Positions 28,215-38,130 are shown, counted from the first letter of the stretch. The stretch is DNA of 64,000 nt from Candidatus Obscuribacterales bacterium (GCA_965228855.1 CBDDIJ010000003.1:1248001-1312000), one strand, 5' to 3'. Notes: generated by a model not told the origin, from the letters alone. Numbers and translations are program-made.

Positions 28215-31058
28215 ATGATTGAGCTTGAACACGACGCAGAGAGAAGACCGGGCTCCGCTACAGGAGATTCGTCGACCGACAATTCGCAGACCGAAGGTTC
28301 TGAAGACTATTTTGCTGCTGATTGCGCTTCTCCGCAGGATGATAGACCGGATGTTAGTCTTCGCTCAATATTTTTTGATAAACACATTGAAGGCAAACCC
28401 CAGACCGATTCTCCTCAAGTATCAGCGCTTGGAGTTCTTATCGTAATGGGCGGAATTCTCGTACCCGCGCTCACTATCAGTGCCGCCCTCGCTGCGAACG
28501 CTTATAGCGTTTGTGGTGTTTTGTGGCGTCATTGGTTCGAGACGCTAGTACAGTTCGGATTGTTGGTGTCAGTGCCGGCCGGCATCGGTTTTGCCTGGTC
28601 TAAGATCAAAAACAATGATATGCGTCGAGTTCGTCTAATCGGATACGTGATCGGATTGTCGCTAGGCTCCGCACTTTTGACAGCGATAATCACGACTGCG
28701 TCGGTTGTAATGAAATTTCCAACATTGGATCATCAGGGAATCGATCACATTCCAGAAATGTCATATCTCGCTTGCGTATCATGGTTAGCGGTGCTTGCTG
28801 CATCATGTGTTGCTATCCAATTCCGAAGACATTGGCCCACTAAAGGTGCAAAGCGCTCGTCCTCCGTCTACGTTCTGATCGGGGCGGCGCTATCGCTTCT
28901 AGCGCTTGTTGGTTCCGAAGCCAGATCGGCATGTATTCGAATTGCCGAAAAGTTAGTTGTTGCAGGCACATCCGAACAGCAACAAAATGGACTGAATTTC
29001 TTGCGACAGATCGATTGCGAGCGAGACATCAAACTTGATTGCTCTACTGCGCGAGCCTTCGATTTGTCGGGAATGTTTTTGCGCCTGGATAACGAACAGA
29101 ATAAAAAGCTGTACTTCCTCTCTACTGGACAACCTTACCGCTTCGATTTGCTTGATAGAGCTGAATTTTCAGCTTTGCCGGATGAGATGTTGGGGCGAAA
29201 CGTCATTGGCGACAAAGTTGCAAACTTGAGCATGCACAGATCGTTGATTAGCGGCATGCTTCACCCTGAATCTTTGACTTCAACCATTGACTGGACCTTT
29301 GTATTCAAGAATGACGGAGCAGAAGCCAGAGAAGCGCGTGCCGAGATCGGGCTTCCGAAAGATGCGGTGATATCGGAGATGGTGCTCTGGATCAACGGCG
29401 TACCTAAACGTGCCACCATCGCCTCGGCTGAACGAGCGAAAGATGCCTATCAGTGGGTAGTCGGTGGGCGTCGAGATCCGGCGCTGGTTACTGATCTCGG
29501 GAAGGGGCGTGTTCTGGTTCAATGTTATCCGGTTGCCCCACACGCGGAAGTACGTATTAAAATTTCAATGAAGTCTTCAATGAAGCTCGATAAAGCGGGG
29601 GAAGCTGTGGCTAGCCTGCCGACTCTATTGAAGAGCAACTTTGAGGTCGAAGGTGATCATCGTGTTCATCTGCGAGCCGATCGAAAGCTGATGTTGGATT
29701 TAGATAATGTACGTCACGTTGTCGCAAATAATGGATTGCATCAAGTTTCAGGAACGCTTGCATCAGCCAAGCGATCCAGGGATTCGATAGACGTTCGCGT
29801 TCACCGTGATGCAAAAATTACTCCTGTAGCGATCAAGGACCCGCTTGACTCCAGGGGCTATATCGTCCAGCAGTACGTGCCAACGACATCTAATAAACCC
29901 GACCATCTGGTAGTCGTCGTCGATGGATCCTCCGCTATAGCTGCGCACAAGGATGAGATCGTTCGGCAGCTTTCAAAGATTCCGCACACTATTCCAACTT
30001 CCCTCATTGTGGCGTCCGAGCAGTATAAGGACGGCATGCAGTTTCACGAGATAGACGATGCAATCAAAGCGATGAAGCAAGTTAATTTCAAGGGCGGTCA
30101 GGAGAACCTCGGTGCGGTGATCAAAGGCGCTGAACTTGCCGGGGAAACTGAGGGTGGCGCGGTTCTATGGATTCACGGGCCACAACCTGCTTTAGATAAG
30201 GAGCTATATATCATTGCACCGTATCTGGTGAAACCGAAATTCTACGAATTGTCGATTGAAGACAGCGTTACTGATGTCAACGAATTCTTTAAAAATCACC
30301 AGGAAATCGGACCATTCACGGCAGTCGCGAGAAACAGCTCCTTCGAAAAGGATCTCGGACGGTTTCTCCGCAAGTGGCAAGCGGATGGTGTCGACTATAC
30401 GCTCAGATACGCGAGAACCTTTGATAAGCCTGGGGCCCTTGAATCATCGATATATGTTCAGGATGAAATCTCAAGACTGTATGTCGCACAGAGAGTGCGC
30501 GAACTCGTGAACAAAGGCAATCGATGGGATGCAGCTAACCTTGCAGTTTCGTACCAAGTGGTGACACCGGTTACCTCCGCGGTGGTTCTTGAAAATTCTT
30601 CTGACTACGCACGCTTTGGTTTGCACGAGCCCGCAGCAACTGATGGAAGTGATTCCATTCTTGCAAAGACCGCGCCCAAAGACGGTTTCCGTTCCTCTCG
30701 AATCAACACGGTTACTTCCGATTCAAGCGATAGACCTGCAGCTACCGCTAGCGGTGACATGATGAAAGGCTCCGATGCAAGCGCGCCGAGTCTGGTCGGG
30801 GCGACCATGGGAGGTCAGCTTGTATCGGCCTACACCGGGGATGGAACCACACTTCAGGGTGCGACAAATGGAACTATTGCTGCGCAGGGGGCAGATGCAA
30901 CAACGATCATGGGATTAAATACCGCAGGCACCGTGAGAGTTAACAACCTGGCCAACCTGGAAGCATTGCTAAATATCCTTGCGAATTGCTTGCAGGTGAG
31001 TGGTATCGGATTTGGTTTAGTCATATTGACACTTGCATTTATCAAACCGACTCGATGA
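28215..31058 (+). CDS. Integral-membrane VIT-domain protein; C-terminal tail apparently frameshifted
   Basis: GGAGG SD before ATG 28215; several N-terminal TMs; EARAEIGLPKDAVISEMVLWING, RRDPALV, VVTPVTSAVVLE. Confidence 0.8.
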   Translation: MIELEHDAERRPGSATGDSSTDNSQTEGSEDYFAADCASPQDDRPDVSLRSIFFDKHIEGKPQTDSPQVSALGVLIVMGGILVPALTISAALAANAYSVCGVLWRHWFETLVQFGLLVSVPAGIGFAWSKIKNNDMRRVRLIGYVIGLSLGSALLTAIITTASVVMKFPTLDHQGIDHIPEMSYLACVSWLAVLAASCVAIQFRRHWPTKGAKRSSSVYVLIGAALSLLALVGSEARSACIRIAEKLVVAGTSEQQQNGLNFLRQIDCERDIKLDCSTARAFDLSGMFLRLDNEQNKKLYFLSTGQPYRFDLLDRAEFSALPDEMLGRNVIGDKVANLSMHRSLISGMLHPESLTSTIDWTFVFKNDGAEAREARAEIGLPKDAVISEMVLWINGVPKRATIASAERAKDAYQWVVGGRRDPALVTDLGKGRVLVQCYPVAPHAEVRIKISMKSSMKLDKAGEAVASLPTLLKSNFEVEGDHRVHLRADRKLMLDLDNVRHVVANNGLHQVSGTLASAKRSRDSIDVRVHRDAKITPVAIKDPLDSRGYIVQQYVPTTSNKPDHLVVVVDGSSAIAAHKDEIVRQLSKIPHTIPTSLIVASEQYKDGMQFHEIDDAIKAMKQVNFKGGQENLGAVIKGAELAGETEGGAVLWIHGPQPALDKELYIIAPYLVKPKFYELSIEDSVTDVNEFFKNHQEIGPFTAVARNSSFEKDLGRFLRKWQADGVDYTLRYARTFDKPGALESSIYVQDEISRLYVAQRVRELVNKGNRWDAANLAVSYQVVTPVTSAVVLENSSDYARFGLHEPAATDGSDSILAKTAPKDGFRSSRINTVTSDSSDRPAATASGDMMKGSDASAPSLVGATMGGQLVSAYTGDGTTLQGATNGTIAAQGADATTIMGLNTAGTVRVNNLANLEALLNILANCLQVSGIGFGLVILTLAFIKPTR

Positions 31059-31195
31059 TGCCGTCTCTGGCTTTACGCCTATCACGCTCTTCACGCGTGA
31101 TATTGGGATTGTCGCTTCTCGCATTGGGTCTTGCTACACCTGGATTCCTGAATTACATGGTATCGAGCGCGCGTGATGCGAATCTGTTCAGCTAG
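31041..31195 (+). pseudogene. Probable out-of-frame C-terminal segment of the VIT protein
   Basis: -1 frame reads TDSMMPSLALRLSRSSRVILGLSLLALGLATPGFLNYMVSSARDANLFS, a second TM helix continuing the first. Confidence 0.6.
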
Positions 31196-31224
31196 CGTTC
31201 GTCAATGACCGGTTGTTGTTCGTC

Positions 31225-31261
31225 AGGAGGAGGAGGTGATGCCATGACCGAACTCAATTAA
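31225..31261 (+). other. Extended Shine-Dalgarno plus 5-codon minigene (MTELN)
   Basis: AGGAGGAGGAGGTGAT (31225-31240), GCC, ATG ACC GAA CTC AAT TAA (31244-31261). Confidence 0.55.
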
Positions 31262-31295
31262 CTTCGAGTACTACAGAGAATCAATCAGCGACATG

Positions 31296-31329
31296 AGAAG
31301 GTGACCATCCGGTCACCTTCTTGATTATT
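31296..31329. terminator. Intrinsic terminator-like hairpin between convergent units
   Basis: AGAAGGTGACC-ATCC-GGTCACCTTCT perfect 11-bp stem followed by TGATTATT. Confidence 0.75.
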
Positions 31330-31356
31330 GTATTGCGACTGCGAATTAACGAACGG

Positions 31357-31566
31357 CTACCCACTTTTCTTTTCATGCAAATCTATCATCGCGTCAATTT
31401 CTTCATTGACGCAAATGTGGCATGTCCAGAAACGATTCATGACGGCCCATATGCCGCAGTCTTTTTTATCACAGGTGACGCGATGACATTTGAAACACTC
31501 GCGTCGAGTGGTGGCGTGAAGCTCTTCAAGGCATCGCATGCAATATTTGACTTGATCCGGTTCCAT
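31357..31566 (-). CDS. Small 8-Cys double zinc-finger protein (69 aa)
   Basis: MEPDQVKYCMRC-x11-CFKC-x4-C-x4-C-x9-WTCHIC. Confidence 0.7.
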   Translation of the reverse strand: MEPDQVKYCMRCLEELHATTRRECFKCHRVTCDKKDCGIWAVMNRFWTCHICVNEEIDAMIDLHEKKSG

Positions 31567-31869
31567 TGCTCGATTATAGCCGGTCCAACGATGTCGCGCG
31601 AGCACCGCCTGCAGGCGCACCGGAAACGGTGGCACTCTCACAATGCCAGGAAGCGATTCTGAACCTCAATACATTTATATAGCGCATGTTGGCCACTCTG
31701 CGCTCAATGGAGTGCAGTCGGTAAACGCAAGTTCTGTCTGTGTTTCCGAAGCTCAATGGAAGATATCGGGAACCTATGGTATGCCTTCCGCGTCATTTTT
31801 TGCATACAAGCTGCAGCGAATCGCGTGAAACATTACATGAGTTCTTATGAGGAGAACCGGGAGTACACT

Positions 31870-32562
31870 ATGAAAAGGACAGCACTTTTATCGAGTCTTG
31901 TAGCAATTGGTTTGACTGCCATAAGCCTGCAGCCAGCTTCGGCGGAGAGCTTCAAAGATTTCCAACGGAGAATGCTCGGCTTTCAGGGCGGCTCTGCTGG
32001 TGACTATATGACGATCTCCAACAATATGAGAGTCGGCATAAACAATGCAGCTAATCAGATTCAATCGAGGGTGTCGTCCGGACAGTTGAGCCCTTATCAG
32101 GCTTCTGCTCTTCAAAACCAACTGTCGAACATTCAAGCTATGACGTCTCAAGCCGGTGCGGACCGTGTGTTCAGCACAGCCGAAGTTCAGAATTTGTTGG
32201 GTAACCTGCAGCAAGTTAACAGTGCGATTGAGAGTTCAAACGGCCTCGCACTCAATCCATACTTCAACGGTGGGTACGTCAACCCTGTGTTCAATAACTA
32301 TGGCGCGGTCTCAACCTATCAACAGCAGTTGTTAAACCAGATCAACTCGGCTCGGGTCTCAGACGCTCAACGTCGGGCATGGTTGAATGAATACAATGGT
32401 TTTTCACCATACATCAGCCAGAGATACATGCGTGGCGACTATGGAAATAACAAGTATGTGAAGCGTATGGTCCGGTTGCAGCAACAAATTCGTGATAATC
32501 AGCGAGTAGCGCATCGCTATGACCGTAACGGCGACGGACGTGTTGACCGGAAATGGAGATAG
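31870..32562 (+). CDS. Secreted Gln/Asn-rich helical hypothetical protein
   Basis: GGGAG SD, MKRTALL...PASA signal peptide; C-terminal DRNGDGRVD EF-hand-like loop. Confidence 0.75.
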   Translation: MKRTALLSSLVAIGLTAISLQPASAESFKDFQRRMLGFQGGSAGDYMTISNNMRVGINNAANQIQSRVSSGQLSPYQASALQNQLSNIQAMTSQAGADRVFSTAEVQNLLGNLQQVNSAIESSNGLALNPYFNGGYVNPVFNNYGAVSTYQQQLLNQINSARVSDAQRRAWLNEYNGFSPYISQRYMRGDYGNNKYVKRMVRLQQQIRDNQRVAHRYDRNGDGRVDRKWR

Positions 32563-32622
32563 CCTACAGGCGGACGGTTGTCTAGTGTTTAGTCGATGTC
32601 CGTTTGATAGCCAGACAGTTTG

Positions 32623-32662
32623 ACAGAGGCGCGTTTTTCAAAGCGTGCCTCTGTTGTTTATT
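32623..32662 (+). terminator. Intrinsic terminator
   Basis: ACAGAGGCGCGTTT...AAAGCGTGCCTCTGT stem then TGTTTATT. Confidence 0.7.
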
Positions 32663-32740
32663 ACCCGGTAACCGTATATGGTGGCAGGCTAGTCGCTCGC
32701 TCGTGTTCGCACTAGCTGTACACAATACCTGGTTTTACCC

Positions 32741-33595
32741 TTACGCAGTCAGTACTGTTCTCAATGCCCAGAGATCAGGGAAGCACTTCTTTGTCAGAGT
32801 TGAGCGCAGGTAGCCGACGCCTTCGCTTCCGCCTGTTCCCTGCTTGAAGCCGATGATGCGCTCCACCACTGTGACGTGGTGAGTTCGCCACAACATAATT
32901 AGCTCGTCGAGATCGATTAGCCTCTCCGCAAAATCGTGGAGGTCTAGATACTTGTCGGGTTCGTCATAGAGCTTCGTTAGTTCGTTAATACGAATCTCCT
33001 GGTTTGGATCCGGCGCACCAGGTTCGATATCAACGCTTCTGGGAAGGTTGAAACCTTTTCGCTCAAGGGCTCTGTAAAACAACTCGCCTAGTGATGGATC
33101 GTTAAACCGTTTCTGAAGTATTTCATAAGCCTCAGTGTCGCGGCTAAAATGCTGGAGCATTCTGGGTTCGCGCAAGCCGGCCATGAATTCTATCTCTCTA
33201 AATTGACTGGATTGAAAACCGCTTGCCGGATTCAGTAAATTTCTGAAACCAAGAAAGTCCTTGGGCGACATCGTTTCCAATATATGAATTTGATTGACCA
33301 ACACGCGGAGAATCTGAACGACACGGCGCATGTAGAACGTCGCTTTTCGAGGGTTATCGTTATTGATCAGGTCAACAACAGTATCCAGTTCGTGCAAGAT
33401 CAATTTAAACCAGAGCTCGTATGTCTGGTGAATTATGATGAACAGTGGTTCATCATGATGCGCTGGATCCGATTTGCAGATTTGCAGTTTCTTTAACTGT
33501 TCGACCATCAAATAACTATTGTAAGTCAGGGGCGTATGCCCGGCACCATATTCGGAACCAGCCGGTTTCGGTGCGTTATCTGAAGTCTTAGTCAT
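32741..33595 (-). CDS. kynA: Tryptophan 2,3-dioxygenase
   Basis: YNSYL, HDEPLFIIIHQTYELWFK, PASGFQSSQFREIEF, VERIIGFKQGTGGSEGVGYL. Confidence 0.95.
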   Translation of the reverse strand: MTKTSDNAPKPAGSEYGAGHTPLTYNSYLMVEQLKKLQICKSDPAHHDEPLFIIIHQTYELWFKLILHELDTVVDLINNDNPRKATFYMRRVVQILRVLVNQIHILETMSPKDFLGFRNLLNPASGFQSSQFREIEFMAGLREPRMLQHFSRDTEAYEILQKRFNDPSLGELFYRALERKGFNLPRSVDIEPGAPDPNQEIRINELTKLYDEPDKYLDLHDFAERLIDLDELIMLWRTHHVTVVERIIGFKQGTGGSEGVGYLRSTLTKKCFPDLWALRTVLTA

Positions 33596-33617
33596 TTAGT
33601 GGCGTCCTCCGCATTGT

Positions 33618-34814
33618 CTAATTTTTCTTTTTGGTGCCGTACCAGGTTTTCTTCGATTTCTCAACTTTCTTAGCGTCGGTTGATTGTGCTTCAGGTTGAT
33701 CGCCGGATGATGAATCGGCTGCGCCTGATTTGTTCGAATGCTTTTTATCTGCTTTGCCTTTATGAGGGCGGTATGGCTGTGGTGTCATGCCACCATACAA
33801 GGGCAGGACGGAGTCTTTATCTATAGGAGTTCCTTCACAGAGTTTTATGAAATCGTGTGGATTCTTCTTGTGATAGCTATAAGCGAAGGATGACTCAAGA
33901 AGGGCTTTTTCAGCCTTTTTTACTAGAGCCTTGTACGAGATGTGGTGAGTTTCCATCCGAATTTCATTGTTGTTTACTCTAAACACCTTGAAGGCGCAGG
34001 GGTAAGCTATCAGGCTCGGGCAGGAAGCGTAGAATATGCTGCTTTCTTTCTGAATGGCGTTGACCGGTACGTGACCACTGATAACCAGTTTTACATCCGA
34101 GGAACCGGCGAGGATCTCCCGGACACTGGCACCATTGGTGATGTCATGGTCGCTGAACGGTGGACCACCATCGTAGGGGCTCGGCGGCAGTGTCGGGTGG
34201 TGGCTGAAGACAATCGTAAATTGCGAGGCGTGCGTCGCAAGATCCTTTTTCAACCATTGCAATTGCTCATCGCTCACGAAACCGCTTTTGGAATTGTACT
34301 TTGAGGTGTCCAGTCCGATGAGATGGACGTTGTCCGCCAAGTTGTATGACCAGTATGGAGCGCTTATATCGAAGTCTCGACCCTTCCAGTCGGGTCCGAA
34401 CATGCGCATCTTTTCTTGTTCGCTTGATGACGTGATGTCGCATTCCCCAAGAACAAAATCCCATCTGCAATTCAGCGTTTGCATGATGTCGATAAAGAGA
34501 TTCCAATTGACTTCGTCTTTACCCGGTGATTCGATCATGTCGCCCACGAAAACGACGAAATCAAGATTTAAAGAATTGATTGTCTTTACTGCGTCTTGAA
34601 GAAACAGTTGGCTTTCGTTGTACAGGTAATAAGTGTCGTCTACACCGTGTGTGAGGTGCACGTCGCTGATAACAGCGAACGAAAATGGTTTGATTGCAGT
34701 CAACGCCGCGCGAGCTTTTTGTGGAAATCCCAAAGTCGCCGCGGCGAGCATAGATCCCAAAAAATCTCGGCGGCTTATTGCAATTTTGGAGTAACCTTTT
34801 CTCTCAGTTTGCAC
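33618..34814 (-). CDS. Tat-exported calcineurin-like metallophosphoesterase with altered motifs
   Basis: SRRDFL Tat motif; SDVH, VGDM, GECD, SHHP, SGHVP. Confidence 0.8.
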   Translation of the reverse strand: MQTERKGYSKIAISRRDFLGSMLAAATLGFPQKARAALTAIKPFSFAVISDVHLTHGVDDTYYLYNESQLFLQDAVKTINSLNLDFVVFVGDMIESPGKDEVNWNLFIDIMQTLNCRWDFVLGECDITSSSEQEKMRMFGPDWKGRDFDISAPYWSYNLADNVHLIGLDTSKYNSKSGFVSDEQLQWLKKDLATHASQFTIVFSHHPTLPPSPYDGGPPFSDHDITNGASVREILAGSSDVKLVISGHVPVNAIQKESSIFYASCPSLIAYPCAFKVFRVNNNEIRMETHHISYKALVKKAEKALLESSFAYSYHKKNPHDFIKLCEGTPIDKDSVLPLYGGMTPQPYRPHKGKADKKHSNKSGAADSSSGDQPEAQSTDAKKVEKSKKTWYGTKKKN

Positions 34815-34985
34815 CGTGAACGATTCCTTGTAACTGCTTCAACGGCATTGCAGACCCAATGCTTAACGTCTCTAAACAAGTCAGGAGCAGCGCAGCGATT
34901 TTCGGATCTCTCGCAGGAGCATAGTTTACTTGATTGTGCGCGTTTTTTTTGAACTGCTAATACGAGTTATTCGAGTTGGTCATGA

Positions 34986-35621
34986 ATGTCAGGAATTACC
35001 CTGAGCCCAATCGGAAATCATGCGGTTAGAATTGGAGAATTGATTGCCGCTAAACTGGCAGTTAGGCGTTGGAGTGCAACATCATTCTTTGAGGTAGTCG
35101 TTTTGTCAAAAATAGCGGTCGCTGCACTTTTTGCTTCAGTAATAGCTTTCGGTCCGGCTCTAAATGCTGATGCTCAAAAGGGAGTCGGTGTAAAAGTTCA
35201 CGATGGTATCACTGTCAAAGACACCAAGAAGGCTAAGCTCGAAGCGAACACGTATCTTAACGAGGCAGATAAGCTCCGGGTGGCGAATCAGCTGGATCAA
35301 GCGGTCCAAAAGTATCAGAAGGCTATGCGGACTTACCCGATGGAAGCCGATATATACAAAAACCTTGGCGGTACTTATGCGCAAATGGGCAAGTTTCAAG
35401 ATGCTGAAACTACGCTGAAGCAAGGTACCAAACTGTTTCCTAAAGAGTGGTTGATGTGGAACAACTATGCAGTTGTTCTTTTGAACCTCAACAAGAAGGA
35501 AGAGTGTAAAGCGGCTATCAAACAGGCTATGGCGTGCCATCCTCCCGCAGATAAAATCGAGGAGATGAACATAACCTTGAAAACACTGGAAGGCACGAAG
35601 AGCAAAACTGCGACGAAATAG
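34986..35621 (+). CDS. Exported TPR protein (real start probably later, near 35100)
   Basis: Signal-like segment then YKNLGGTYAQMGKFQDAE and WNNYAVVLLNL TPRs. Confidence 0.75.
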   Translation: MSGITLSPIGNHAVRIGELIAAKLAVRRWSATSFFEVVVLSKIAVAALFASVIAFGPALNADAQKGVGVKVHDGITVKDTKKAKLEANTYLNEADKLRVANQLDQAVQKYQKAMRTYPMEADIYKNLGGTYAQMGKFQDAETTLKQGTKLFPKEWLMWNNYAVVLLNLNKKEECKAAIKQAMACHPPADKIEEMNITLKTLEGTKSKTATK

Positions 35622-35669
35622 TCGCACCTGCTTCAGTTTCGTCTTGTGAAGCGAGCGCTAATTTGTGAG

Positions 35670-36383
35670 TTAGCGCTCCAGAAGTTGCATAATCTCGAGC
35701 CGAGCATTGCGGTCTTCTTTCAAAAGACCGCGTGTCGTCATTGTCGTGGTCATGCTGCCGGGCTTCTTAATGCCTCGGATCGACATACACAGATGCTCGG
35801 CATTCAGGATTACGAGCACACCCTGTGGTTGCAAAGCCTCAACCATTGCATCAGCGATCTCCGCTGTCATGCGCTCCTGAACCTGCAAACGGCGGGCTGC
35901 CAACTCCACTACTCTAGCAATCTTCGATAGACCGGTTATGCGACCATCCTTTGGAATGTAGGCTACATCCGCTTTCCCGACGAAGGGAACCATGTGATGT
36001 TCGCATACGGTCGCAAACGGGATGCCTTTGACGATTACCGGATCTTCGCTGCCCTCTTCGAATTCGCATGTCACTTCCGATGCCGGATTGATGCCGGTTC
36101 CGTACAAAAGCTCACGGTACATGCGTGCCACGCGTGAAGGTGTGTCCAGCAGTCCCGGACGATTGACATCCTCGCCGACTGCCTCAAGTATTAGTTTGAC
36201 TCCCAGAGCCATTTTTTCCATATCTGGTAACTGCTGCGTCTTCGGTAGCTCATTTTTGCCCGGAATCGGCGCACCGGAAGAGTTTGGAGCGAACGAGATG
36301 CAGGTGTTTATGCGCTTGTGACCCTCGCGAGTCGCAGAGTGCTTGGCTTCTGAAAAGATAGTAGAGTCTGGAATTTTGTTCAT
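35670..36383 (-). CDS. folE: GTP cyclohydrolase I
   Basis: GLLDTPSRVARMY, CEHHMVPF, GLSKIARVV, RRLQVQERMT, HLCMSIRG. Confidence 0.95.
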   Translation of the reverse strand: MNKIPDSTIFSEAKHSATREGHKRINTCISFAPNSSGAPIPGKNELPKTQQLPDMEKMALGVKLILEAVGEDVNRPGLLDTPSRVARMYRELLYGTGINPASEVTCEFEEGSEDPVIVKGIPFATVCEHHMVPFVGKADVAYIPKDGRITGLSKIARVVELAARRLQVQERMTAEIADAMVEALQPQGVLVILNAEHLCMSIRGIKKPGSMTTTMTTRGLLKEDRNARLEIMQLLER

Positions 36384-36710
36384 TTGTAGGCTCCTGGTGG
36401 CTTAGTAACCACACGGACAGTTTATCCCTTCTTGGCATCAAAAAAAATTGGATTCGTCGAACTTCATATCAACTGTTAAGCAATTTCACGCATATCGATT
36501 GCATGTTCGGTCGATGCTTAGCAGATTTTAAGCGGTCCTTGGATCATGTCCACGTAAAGTCGCGCTTTTGATCAACGATCCGCTCGAATAGCTTTCTCTC
36601 ATCCTCACAAAAATCGCGCCGCCTCTAGGTATACTGAATACGCCCTTACATGGGCAGGCACTAGGTTGTGTGCGGATAGATATTTCAAAGTTTAGTAAGG
36701 GGATATTGGG

Positions 36711-37196
36711 ATGACGACTGAAACGGCTATGGAGCCTATACATGGATTGGACATTTGCGAAATTAAGGAATTGATTCCGCACCGTTATCCCTTCCTTCTT
36801 GTCGACAGAGTTACCTATGCAGAGCCAGGCGTCAAAGCAATCGGCTACAAAAATTTGACAGCGAACGAGCAATTCTTCGAGGGACATTTCCCGTTCAAAC
36901 CGATTATGCCTGGAGTGCTCATGGTAGAGGCACTGGCGCAACTGGCTTGTATCGCGATTCTCTTGAAGCCCGAATATAAGGATAGCCTCGGTGTCTTCAC
37001 CGGTATCGACGGATTCAAATTCAGAGCGATGGTTGAACCGGGCGATCGGCTCGATATGGAAGTCGAACTTTTGAAGATGAAGGGGCCACTCGGCAAGCTG
37101 AAAGGCATTGCCAAGGTCGGCGACAAAATTGCCTGCCAGGGTGAAATCTCTTTCTCGATTCTCGATAAGAGTAAATTGAAAACCATCAAAGCTTAA
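36711..37196 (+). CDS. fabZ: 3-hydroxyacyl-ACP dehydratase
   Basis: IPHRYPFLLVDRV, FFEGHFP..PIMPGVLMVEALAQ. Confidence 0.97.
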   Translation: MTTETAMEPIHGLDICEIKELIPHRYPFLLVDRVTYAEPGVKAIGYKNLTANEQFFEGHFPFKPIMPGVLMVEALAQLACIAILLKPEYKDSLGVFTGIDGFKFRAMVEPGDRLDMEVELLKMKGPLGKLKGIAKVGDKIACQGEISFSILDKSKLKTIKA

Positions 37197-37260
37197 ACAA
37201 ACCGAGGCGCTAAACCGCCTCTACTTGCCCTTCGAAACACACTCTAGAGGAACAAAGATA

Positions 37261-38130
37261 ATGAGCATTCATCCATCTGCCATCATCAGCGATGGCGCCC
37301 AAATTCATGAAAGCGCAGTCATAGGACCTGGAGTCGTAATCGGTCCAAACGTCAAAATCGGCAAGGGGACTAAGATTGGGCCGCATGCCATCATAGATGG
37401 TGTGACGACGATCGGAGAGGATTGCAATATCTTCGCTGGCGCGAGTATCGGTTTAGAGCCTCAAGATTTGAGCTACAAAGATGAGCCTACCGGTGTAATA
37501 ATCGGCGACCGCTGCACGATTCGCGAGTATGTCACCATTCACAGAGCGACCAAGGAAGGGTTCACCACACTCGGTGACGACAGCTTCTTGATGAACTATG
37601 TTCACCTTGCTCATAACTGCCAGGTCGGTAAGCATGTGATCATGGCTAATGCCGCTTCTCTTGCCGGTTACGTGGAGGTCGGCGACTATACGGTCATGTC
37701 CGGATTCGTGATCATGCACCAGTTTATTCGCATTGGGCGATTCTGCATGTTGAGCGGCATGACCGGTTCGCGTCTGGACTTGCCGCCATTCAGCACACTC
37801 GATGGTCGTCCGGCCATGTTCCGCGGAGTTAATTCCGTCGGCATGAAGCGCGCCAGAATTGCTCCTAACGTCCGTACCGCGATCAAGGAAGCTTACCGGA
37901 TTATTTATCGCTCCGGACTCAATATCTCCAATGCGCTTGCGCGCGTAGAAGAAGAAATCGAGCAGCACGATGAAGTGAAGGAAATTATCGCGTTCTTCCG
38001 CACCACCAAGCGTGGTGTCGCCGGAGCCATGGCCGAAGGCGAAGGTGAAGATGAGGAGGGTGGGATAGTGCCCAGCAAACAGCGCCGTGATTACGGAGCC
38101 CTGACCGAGAGCGGAGCGGGAGCGGTTTAG
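37261..38130 (+). CDS. lpxA: UDP-N-acetylglucosamine O-acyltransferase
   Basis: IHPSAII hexapeptide repeats, PQDLSY, IREYVTIHRAT, HLAHNC, HQFIRIG; follows fabZ; GAGGA SD before ATG 37261. Confidence 0.95.
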   Translation: MSIHPSAIISDGAQIHESAVIGPGVVIGPNVKIGKGTKIGPHAIIDGVTTIGEDCNIFAGASIGLEPQDLSYKDEPTGVIIGDRCTIREYVTIHRATKEGFTTLGDDSFLMNYVHLAHNCQVGKHVIMANAASLAGYVEVGDYTVMSGFVIMHQFIRIGRFCMLSGMTGSRLDLPPFSTLDGRPAMFRGVNSVGMKRARIAPNVRTAIKEAYRIIYRSGLNISNALARVEEEIEQHDEVKEIIAFFRTTKRGVAGAMAEGEGEDEEGGIVPSKQRRDYGALTESGAGAV

